From: Klebsormidium nitens
Lineage: Eukaryota > Plantae > Klebsormidiophyceae
Direction of reading: 5' to 3'
Assembly (NCBI GenBank): GCA_000708835.1
Contig: DF237053.1
Location: forward strand, 62,001 to 126,000
Length of the DNA stretch: 64,000 nt
In this document: positions 35,502-45,837 of the stretch, in pieces
How positions within the stretch are numbered: the first letter of the stretch is position 1
Layout of the letters: the number at the start of each line of letters is the position of its first letter
Translations under genes and position numbers: made by a program
Notes under the pieces: model-generated
What the model was told of the DNA's origin: nothing
Database searches by the model: none
What the model saw: the letters and a program-made list of their open reading frames with translations, nothing else

Positions 35502-38500
35502 ATGGAAGCCCTTCCAGAAGTAATTCTCTGGGACATCATCTCCCGTCTATCTCCCGAGGACGTCGCTACCAGAGTCACCCCCCTGTCGCGATACTTCCGC
35601 ACCCTTGGCGATTCCCCCTCCTTATGGCGCAACTTCTGTGGGCCGGCGACTCTCACCGAGGACGACGCCTCCGCTCTGGGGGGGTGGAAGGACCTCTTCC
35701 GACGGCTCTTCCGCAGCAACCTGCTCTGCGCCCCCCACTTTGAGCTCCTCGACACACTCCAGAAGGAACAGAAGATCTACGACTTGACCGCCTTCGAGCC
35801 CGAGCGCCTGTCCAGCTGGTCGTTGTGGAGTCACTCCAACCTAGATTCTGAAGAGGGGACCGTTGGGGCGGAGGATTATTGGCTGGATCCAATTTGGAAA
35901 TGGATGCCGTGGGAGTGGCCCAGGGGGGCTGTACAAAGGGAGCTGAGACCTGTGGGTTGCCCCCCCTGCCCGGGGGCGCCCTGGGCGCCGTGCTTGGCGA
36001 CCGGTTGCGCTACAGGGATGGTGGCACAGGTGAGACAAAAGTGGGGGGCATGAGGATACAGTGGGAGAAACTACAGTCTACTGCAGTTGCTAACATTGGT
36101 GACAGGTTAAGTTCACAAGGGGCTTGGCCGTATAAATTCTGGAACCAATTGCATTGCTGCGATATGATGTGTAATCTGAACAACCAAGCCCCTTGAGGAG
36201 ATGTTGCCTCAGGTAGCAAGGGGGGGTCCTGGGAAAGAGAGGGCCATTGCTGTTATTTCTAGGATACCCATCGCCGTTGTTTCAAGAGACCCATTGCTGA
36301 ATGTTGAAGAAACTCGTTGCTGGAAGTTGATGCTTGGACTGACAACTGGTCTCGCTGGGAAGTGGTCGAGGAAGGACCAAGGGGGCCCATAGAGAAGCGA
36401 CAACCCTGTTTAAGTGTGTCCCACCGTTCGTTTCCTTGACTGGTTTCCTTAAAACTCAGCAGATGTTGATCCTGGATCATTGGTATTAAGAAGCTTAGTA
36501 GGCAACCTTCTTTGAACAGTATTGATTGGAAGGGGTGAGACAGTCAGAAGGTCAAAGGGATTGGACATTCAGAAGGTCAAAGTCAGACCCTGATTGTGCA
36601 AGACTCACCTCCTGTGTGCTCGCGGGTCTACTTCAGCTGATCTCTAGCGGACACATGTGAGTCGGCCAGCTTTCTGAGACTCGATGCTTTCACAGGCTAG
36701 TGAACTGCGAGAGCTGCTCTTTAGTTGGACACCCAACTTGAGAGAAGGTAAACGCAAACTCCTGTTGCAAAGACCTGATACCCCTTTGAATATGAAGGTG
36801 ATGGATTCGAGGTCGCCAACAGAATCCAAGTTGGACTGTCCATCTGAGCAGGATTGCCAATGTTTTCTTGAATCCAGATGCTTCCTCCATTGGTCCAACT
36901 TAAAGGCTGGCACATCCAATCTGTGCGCTCGGTATAAGCACAACGGCACCTAAGGGTCACTGACTTTGCAAATTGGTCACACTCAACGACTTCCACTTTT
37001 CGAACCTGAATGTGAGTGGGTATACATGGTACACAAAAAGATGGAAGTTTTCCAATTTCTTTCTTTGAACGTGTAACTCGTTTCGAATCAGAAAAGGACA
37101 TGGATGCTCTACCGGTCGTTCCCCAATCGTGTAGCTTGATACGAAGTACACGAAGAAATGGCAGGCCTCAAATATTTCTTGCTTTGCAGAGAGTGGGGCT
37201 CAAACACTTCCCTGCAGCGTTCCGCGACTCTCGTCCTGCGATCTTGGTTTCTGCCTGGTATGGAGGTCGTTCCGACTGCCCCAGTGTTTTCGACCTCTGC
37301 GTAGAGTTTAGAAGAGGACGAGGCGGCAGCGAAGTCCTACTTGAATGGTGCGAGTTCCGTCCGCTTTCTTACCTCTATCTATACCCTCAAAAACGTTTGC
37401 AGGGTCATCAAAACAAGAGTTGATCCGCTTGTCCAGAGTTGTCGCAACGAGAGCGGTTCTCTGCTCTTGCCTCGTCATTGCAAACCTGGAATCGACGTGG
37501 AAGCCGCCAGAACTTTCTATCAAGCTTCTCTGCTGGTTTGCTTGACGGGAGCTGAAAGATGCTGAAGAGCTGACTCGTTAAATTCTTTTTTATATTTAAA
37601 GCGGGCTGAGGTTGGGTCGCTTAAAAGGTCGGCAGCCTCATGCAACCAGGTTCTCTTCGTTGGATGAAAGGTCGTGGAATGAGCTGTGCTACCTTGGTCT
37701 GAATGCGTCTTACAAACATTCTGAAAAACGGTTTCTGCACTAAAGGAAATCCTTTGTTCGTCAGATTAGACCGTGAATCAGATCGGTCTGCAATACTGGT
37801 GCTTTGAACTGGGCCTCCGGTGTCGATGCATATGGGCTTCCCATGATACTTTCTTTGCAAGCGAATAGAGTCGACCCACCTCGGCTGCGGTTTACTGGAG
37901 GAACTAGAGTGAGGGCAGCACTTACAGCGAAGGCAGATTCCTATGTTGCACATCAGAGTCAGATCTGTGCCCATGAACAGCGTTCCGACTGACGATACTG
38001 ACACCGAACATACATGCTTGCAAGGTATGATCGTCCCCTGTTTCCGGCAGTGTTTGAAGCCCCGGGAAAATTCTGGGGGCAAGCTGCAAGGGATTCTTGG
38101 ATTTTATGGTATCGGGCTCTCACAAGACTCTACCGTAGGGAGCTTGTTGAACTGATTAAGCCCGACTCTGCAGCCGCCTCCTCCGGATCCCCTTTTCGTA
38201 GCCGGCTTTTGTGAACAGAGCGCCTGCTGACGTCGCGGAATGCACTCCGCCGAGTCACCTCCAGCTTCCTCGCCGCGCTTGCTGACGTCAGCGCTGACGT
38301 CACCTCCCCTCCCCCAGGTCGGCGAGCGACCTGGCGGCCGGGTCGAATCGAGAAATGACTGCCCAGCAGATGCTCGCCTGTCCGCAAGGCGGCTGGGCGA
38401 AAGTGGAGCATCTGATAACGGACTATGACCCTCAGGTTGGTTCCTCCGAAGGGTTTGCCTTGTCTTGCCCGTTTCCGTTCTGTGTCTTCTAGGAATTATT

Positions 38501-39249
38501 CGATCAAAGTGCAGCAACTAACCCGAACTCTAAGAGGAGCTGGTTGATTTTTGTAAACGGTCACACGCAGTTTCCATTTTCAATGTATGTTATGTTGTTG
38601 ATTCTTTGCGACGCTACTGGCTTCGATGAAGAAGCAGCGTCCGATGACGGATCATCGTCAGACTGTTTTTTTCTTTTTGTCGAGTCGACCGGCACTCAAT
38701 GTCTGCTCGGATCTTTCGCTTGGCTCCGTTTTGCTTGAAGGGAAGCTAGCCTCTGAGCACGAGGTTTCTTCACACTCGAGTTCGCAAACGGCGAAAGTCT
38801 TTCACAAACGGAGTTTTGAAAGGCGGTTTCCAACCTCCAGGTCGATGGTTCGGACGGCCTGATGACGGGTTAACCATGCCGTTACCCTTGCGTCTGCTTC
38901 TGGGTAGCACATGTTCCTGTAGGATTAGTCCTCATTGAACGTTATCCTCACAGAATCGTCCGTTTCCAAGTCGGCCCAAAGCCGCTATCCCTTGCACTCG
39001 AAGGCAAGAGCTTTCCGTGATAGCGACAGTACGCTTCTCTCTTAAAGCCGCTAGGAGTTGTTTTATCAGGCGGCCGCCCCGGGGGCCCACGTGACCATTC
39101 CGCATGGCTGACACGTGTCCTGGGCGCAGGGTTTTGACGAGATCCGGGTCGTGTTGTTTGGAGAGGACCAGCGCTTCTGGGCGGGCTGGTACGGTGCCAA
39201 GTTCACAGCGGTGGAGCTGCGGTTCGTACCGCCGAGCGAGGTGAGCTGA
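35502..39249 (+). CDS. F-box protein with FBA/Fbs-type (FBXO2/6-like) sugar-recognition domain; exons 35502-36029, 37190-37347, 38318-38435, 39130-39249
   Basis: F-box LPEVILWDIISRL...LSRYFR...LWR; FBA motifs RRLFRSNLL, ILVSAWYGGRSDC, GGWAKVEHLITDY, GEDQRFWAGWYGAKF; phases consistent. Confidence 0.85.
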
Positions 39250-41720
39250 GAGTGTTCTACTTCCAGTAGAAGGATGCAAGATACTCTGAAGAATCTGGAT
39301 AAGACTTGTTTCAATGAATTTCAGAAGCCCCATAAGTTACATGGTCAAGCCCGGGGGACGGGTAGGAGCTTGGTGGTTAGGGTGGGTGCGGGCGTGAAGC
39401 GGGTGAATCTTTGGGGTTAAATCTTAGTTTGTCTTTGCCCAGTAGACTAACCTCAGTGACCATGCGGGTTATCATCCGTAGAGTTGAATCTGGAATCTGG
39501 ATGGTCGTGTCAAGGAGCTACTGCCATTCGAAAGGCGTCTAAAATACTCGCGGATTGTGGAAGAAAGGGACAAATAGTCCAACTGTCCTTCGAAGATCAG
39601 GCGGCTCACATCAATGTGCTGACGACTGCATAACTCTGTTCAAAGACTTTTCAACTACAATTCCACTTTCCACGAAACAGCGTCAATGCCAAAACCGGTT
39701 CACATGGGCGAATCCTGCATTTCGCTTGACATAGATCTTCGAGGTGCGCTCACCGACCTGATTTGCGAATCTGCGAATCTGCGAATCTGTTTGAGTACCT
39801 CAAAAAGAGGACACTGTCTTTCTGGTGGCCCTCCGCTTTATGTGACCCCTAGAAAGGCAAGCTTTTGATGAAGGTTTTCATCCATTACTCGCTCTGCTTC
39901 AGCGTTACCAGAAAAGGACGAGAAGGCTGACAAATATTGAGATTTCTGACGGTTTACTCGAGTATGGTTCTGTGAGCATATAGGCTGTAAGGCTGCGCTC
40001 TTTCCTTCTCTTGTCCAGGTTCATCTATACCAACAACATGTGCAAGCACAGCAAGCTATGTAAGATATCCTAAGTGCCTCCCCTGACCAAAACTCGGTGT
40101 TGCTCTTGGATAGGCTTTGGTTGCCTTTGTGTAAATTCGGGCCCAGTCGCTGCTTATGTAGAGTGTGAAGTTGCTAAGTTCCATAGCCCCATCGAAGTGT
40201 ACAGATTTAAACCAGCCTTACTAAAGCTCTGTAAGCCCACGAGCGACAGTCAGGACGTAATCGTACTGAGGCACTTGTGCTGAAGCGTATGTTAATAAAA
40301 GCTAGCTAGGACAAGTATACACTAGCGAATCGTGGCGATGCACAAACTTATCGAGAGGTACTGATGCTTTGCATGAGACCCCATTTTCTTCAATCATGGT
40401 GCTGAATCCAGCCTGTATATGCAATCGTAAACAGAACATTCTGCCTGTTGTTCGGGATATATTGCTGGCATCATTTCAACTCAACGATGCGCACATGTCT
40501 GCATATGATTGCATGTGCGCTTAGCTAGATCGATCCGCTCGTTAAGTGCATACAAGCGGAAGTGGGCGGCTTGATCGCACATGCACGCTCTGGCCCCGAA
40601 AAGCATGCACCGGGCGCGATTTCATGTGAATTCTGCACCGGGCGCGATTTCAAATATGAAGTGTCTGAATACGTCGGATGCGCGGCGGCAGGCCTCCCGC
40701 TTTAGCTCGCTAGCTGGTATTAATTTCCTAGATTTTACGCCACTACATACACGTACAGAGACACATGAGGCTGCGCGCGTCAAAGGATCAGTACGTGCCA
40801 ACTCGCTCGGCCGGTATTTGTCTCAGTGCTATGTCGGATGCTGCAATCAGTGACATTGTTGAATGTCTAGTTGTGACTAGCTAATCTATCAGAAGTTCCT
40901 GAGGCTTACACACCTACTCTGGGTCAGTCTTTGATCATCACGAGGTTGGCACGCGCATAGCATGCTTTTCAAAGCTTGAATTGATTGGAAACACAAGACC
41001 GCTTAACTGGCAATTTCACATGAAGCCAGAGACCAGTGATTGGTTGCACAATGCAGTCGTCCTACAGATACTGTCCGGATAAACGAGACTATTCCACTGC
41101 TTCATCATATGTACACACGCTTACACTATCTAACCATGCAACCCGACACAGTCTAGCTGGCACTCACAACCAGCAACTCTTTACAGCCCGACCACCGGGA
41201 CGCTGAGCTCGATCCTAGACCCACCGACGGGGCAAGCAAACATTGCCTCTTTGTTCCCACTACCCATCATACTGAGTTTTTACATTACAGTTCTGGCCGC
41301 CCATTGCAACCACTTGAATCACGATTGTATTCTACCTGCCCGACTTACACCATCTTTGTGACGTCAGCCTGTCCTACTAAGGTCTGTACAATGTTGCCTG
41401 ACCGCCTGACCACCCATTACGCCGCCTGAAGGCGGACACGACCCTAAAGGACTCGTCTCACTAGACCCATCCCGAACCATTGCATAACATACTAACGGGT
41501 CACACAGTCCCAACACTAGACTCTACGCAGAAGCGCGCCTCTGCATGTGCAACCCTCTTATCTACAGAACCCTCCCCACCCCAATGCCGCTCCTTCGCTC
41601 CTCAAGCGCTCCTACGCCTTACTTTCGAATTACCACGGGTACCCTCCGCCCACGTACAACCTTATCTCATTCGACATGCACCATTTTGCCACTCCGGCAT
41701 TCCGCACCGATCCGCATCTC

Positions 41721-44700
41721 TCAAGACCACGTGGTGGCCGTGAAGCGAACCGGTACACGGAGGACGGGGACGCGGCGGCGGAAGCTCATCGCCTCGCGCA
41801 GGCGGCGAATCGTCTCTTCTTGGTCGGCAAGCCTCTGCAGATGGAGCGAGAATGTCGCAATTACTTACACGCAGATTGACAGGATCCGGTCTTGAATCTC
41901 GTAAAGGATGGAGATCCAATTCTTAATTCCAGGCGGATGGTACAAAGAAGGGTTTAAACGGTGTGGCGCAAATAACCAATTGGTCAGGTAGATTAAATGG
42001 ACCTCCTTGTTTCTTCCCTGAAGCGATCTTTCAGTGACCTCAAAGCACGAATCAGATTGGTAGCTTCGAAGAAGTTAGCAGCGTCCAATTCGGGTCCAGA
42101 GCTCCTAGATCATAAGATGGCTTTTCGCGGGCCTTATTGCCACGTTTCACTTGTCCCGTTTCGAGGACTACCAGACTGCCTCCGTGAGTGAAACTGAGCC
42201 ACACCAAAGAGTTTCTCCCGAACAAGTGGTAGTCCACCTCAAGAGAACAGTCGAGTCCATAAGTCTGAAGGTGCTCCCATTCCCCTTTCCGGATCTGCCC
42301 TGCTGGTGCTGCAGGTGTTTTTTTGAAACGCATCGTGGATCCTAAACGACCACGAAAACCAGATCAATTATGATTTCAATACAGCTGTAATAATGGGCCA
42401 CCCGATATGGGACTCGTATATGAATTTCGACTAGGGAAAGAAAGACGTACCTTGTTCCCGGCCCGAAGTTGGGCCTGTAGGTCGCGGTTGCGCCACAGTT
42501 GATGCAGGAAGAGAAAGCCCAGCACCGCAGTCGTCAGGCCCAGAGACCACACCGTCAGCGGCTGGCTCAGCACGCTCTTAACCCACCGCCGCAGCGTCTC
42601 CTGAAAAGGAGATATAAAAAGTGCATCCACAACTGAAAGTACGGCGCCGGATGGTTTCAGAAGATGCTTTCTGAACTCGTAGATGGGGCCAACTATCAGC
42701 AGCTGGCTCAGCATGCTCTCTGCCCTCCGTGCAGGTCATACTAAGCGGCTGACGAGCTATAATAGGCGAAGCAGTTTGCTGCACTTTCAACGCAGCGGAG
42801 CGGCTAACAAAACAATCTTAGGTACAGAGATTTGCTGGACTTGTCATGCGGCCGGGCTGGCTGACAAAGCATATTAGGGAAGGCGATTTGCTGGATTCTT
42901 GACGCGGCCTGACTTAAACACCCATGGTCCTTTCAAAGCAATCTGGAGAGGAAGCACTATGGAGAGTGACACATGTTACAGAATCTCAGCGGACTCTTGT
43001 GAAACCTCCGACTGCTGACAGTCCAAACACTGCAAAGTGTTTTACGATGCAGTCTCCCACTCATGCCACATATAGCCTTCTCCTGCTACACTGCGCAGCA
43101 AATGCGCAAATCTCAGCAGAAAACACGCGCGTCGTCCAAGCAAAGAGGAAAACAGTGCAGAGATACTCTTCTCGGGCAAAACGTGCGAATTGAAGCCCCT
43201 CTCACCTGTTTCTGCCACCACGCCTCGTACGGGAACCACTTCTGCAACGCCGTCGGCGGCTCTTTCTCCCCCTCCTCGTTCTCGGACTCCACAGGTGCCA
43301 CAGAGCTCACAGGCTGGCTCACGACTTCTTCAGTTTCCACCAGGGGCGCCTGAGGAAGCTCCTCCTCTTTTGTCTCCTCTTCTTTGGATCCCAAATCCAG
43401 TTCGGACTCTTGTGCGTCGATTGTTTTGGCCGGCGTCTCGACCGTCTCTGGAACCCCCATCCAGCTGCCGAGATGTGGGTGCTCCTCCAAGGGGGGAGTC
43501 ACGGGGGGTGTACCGAGCGAGGACGCATAGGACGTACCGGCGCTGGAGGAAAGGTTAAGGAGTGGTTAGCACACAACTAGATTGTTGCCTACATTTGGAT
43601 TATGCGGAAAGATGACAAGAGGGCCACTCATCAGAGATGCAAATATTGGAGTGATGCAGATCTTGGTTGTGTAAGCGGAGTCGGTGATCCAGGGTCGACG
43701 GCTCTGCCGCAGCACACAGAAGTAGGATTGCACCTGCGGAAGGGTTGCCTGTGTGGACTCAATTTGGCAAGCAGCGCTTGCTCATATGTGGATTTTGCAG
43801 TGCAAGTTCTGTACTGCAAATAGCTATCGAGCTACCACTCCTGGTGGAGGCGTTATAGCTAGATAGCTACGCAAACTAGCAATGCACTTGCATTGCCTGC
43901 TGTTTGCTTAGCAGAAGCCGGACACACACAGACTTGAATCCATCAACAGGAACAGCAGACCCTAAACGAGTGTGCCAGGCTTGAGTGGCGGGGTTGGCAG
44001 CACACTGACTAATGAGCAGTTTTTGCTGCCACAGCAAAGTCAAAAGTCCCTGAATCTCATCAAGCTCTGACAGCATCTTTTTTAAACACAGATATTGGGT
44101 GCGATCTGCAGCAGAAGGTGCTGACAGACCCGTTCCGAAAAATAAGCAGCAGAGGAAACCTCGTCACAGCCGGCTCGAATGCAAAGCAACCTCCCAACAG
44201 GTCATAGTACGGCGACCACACCCTGATTAAGGTTCTGAATGCGATCTGGAAAGCACTGCCAGACTACGCACTTCGCTCAGAGATATTTGGCTCAATACAT
44301 CACAGCACTTTCTTCCACTGAATGCATGAAGAGATTGATAAAAGATTGGAAAGCTTAAATTGTGTTACAGCCTTGCAATACAGAGCAAAGACAAAGTTAA
44401 ACACACAGATGCGCTCCGTTTCCTCATTGCGTCCCATTAAAGAGTGCTTACCCAAAGGATGCTGGCACGGTCAGCGGCGACACTGGCGAGTCTGCATACC
44501 TTTGGCCCTCCTTCTCCTCCTCCTTCTCTGCCTGTGGCTCCACATCCCGCTGCTGCGATATGTACCGGCCAATACCAGAGCCCGTCCCAATGGAGTCGCC
44601 AGCTTCTGCATCGTCACCAAGCGCATCACCTTCATTCAGACTGGCCTTGCTCCACTGAGGATAGTCATTTAGCTGTGAATCATTCTGTGTCTGTACAGTG

Positions 44701-45086
44701 TGAGGAGCGATAAGAACGCCCGATTCGCCTGCCTGGCTCCAAGAAAGGTGCGGCCACGCGCCCTCAGTTTGGGGGTTTGACAACAAGCTCTCAAATCCAC
44801 CCCCTCGCCGTGCGCCCCGGTCGGCCTGCAGGAAACCCTCCACCCCTAGGGCATTGAAGAAGCTATCGTCAAGCTGCCCTCTTTCTTGATGCCGGGATGC
44901 TTCCTGGGGCTTCTCAATGGTCGACTGGCTGGCAACTTTGGGTGTAGAAGACCCAGAATTTTGACTTCCTGATACGTCCACCTGAGACATGCTCAGTAAC
45001 TCCCAGTCGGAGTTGGTGCGCGACTCCATGCCAGGATCCTCCGGTGGCGGAGACTGCGAGCGAGGCGAGTCAAGCGGGCTTGCCAT
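41721..45086 (-). CDS. ATI1/2- or DUF6821-like single-pass membrane protein with N-terminal ATG8-interacting motif; exons 45086-44452, 43542-43206, 42600-42451, 41834-41721
   Basis: Long acidic disordered N-terminus with NSDWELL (AIM/LIR W-x-x-L), PYEAWWQKQ, TM segment TVWSLGLTTAVLGFLFL, C-terminal RLREAMSFRRRVPVLR; all phases consistent. Confidence 0.7.
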
Positions 45087-45837
45087 CAGGGAAGAAAGAA
45101 TGCAATGCGCTCTCCGTTGAAAGAAGTTGGCTAACAATGCAACCAATTGAATCCGCTACTGCACTTTGTTGGAGTGGGTATTTCTCTGTCAACGTCACTG
45201 GAAGCAGCTCAGCTCATGTTGTCACATACTCCAGCCAAAGGCCTGGCGAGAAAGAGAAAGCCAAGGGCTGCCACACCGAACCAAGGGCTAGGGATTGGTG
45301 CCGGACGATTGCGTGAAGGGCGTCCTTCCTAGCATTGGCAAAGAAACACGCCTCATGCATTGCGCGATTGCAAACTAATATTCGAGCTAGGGACTTGGCG
45401 CGCCACCCATGCCACTTCACGAGCTTTGAGTCGTCCGATCCGGAAACGTTGAACTCATTGTCAGTCCTCAGCCGTCAGATAGGTAGATGCTTCCAAGGGC
45501 TCACCAAAACTTAGAGAAAACTGCAAGGTCCAGGCCCGAATCGCCGCTTCCCTAGTTTTAACCCCCTTTTCAGCTCGCCAGGTCCGGCACAGAACGGCGC
45601 CCCGGGCCCAAGTTCATGCATGAAGCTGCCCCTTATCATCGCTCATGCTCGTCTGAGTGTCTGGTGTTTGGAGTTACGAAGAAGAAGCATTAAAAGAGGG
45701 ATTATTTTAAAGGCTGAACAGCTTTCAGTCTGCCGTCGTTGTGATTGCTGAATTGCGATTGCGTCAGCTGACTCGCAAGGAACCGGACTAAACGGTGTCG
45801 CGCCAATTGATAGTGAAGGGGAAGGGCAACCACCGTC
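45087..45837. promoter_or_regulatory. Divergent promoter region between the ATI-like gene and PBD1
   Basis: Head-to-head start codons 750 bp apart. Confidence 0.5.

Noticed and set aside
41547-41895. Plus-strand ORFs of 110-116 aa suggesting a small extra gene
   Set aside because: Antisense shadow of the last exon (41834-41721) and 3'UTR of the ATI-like gene.
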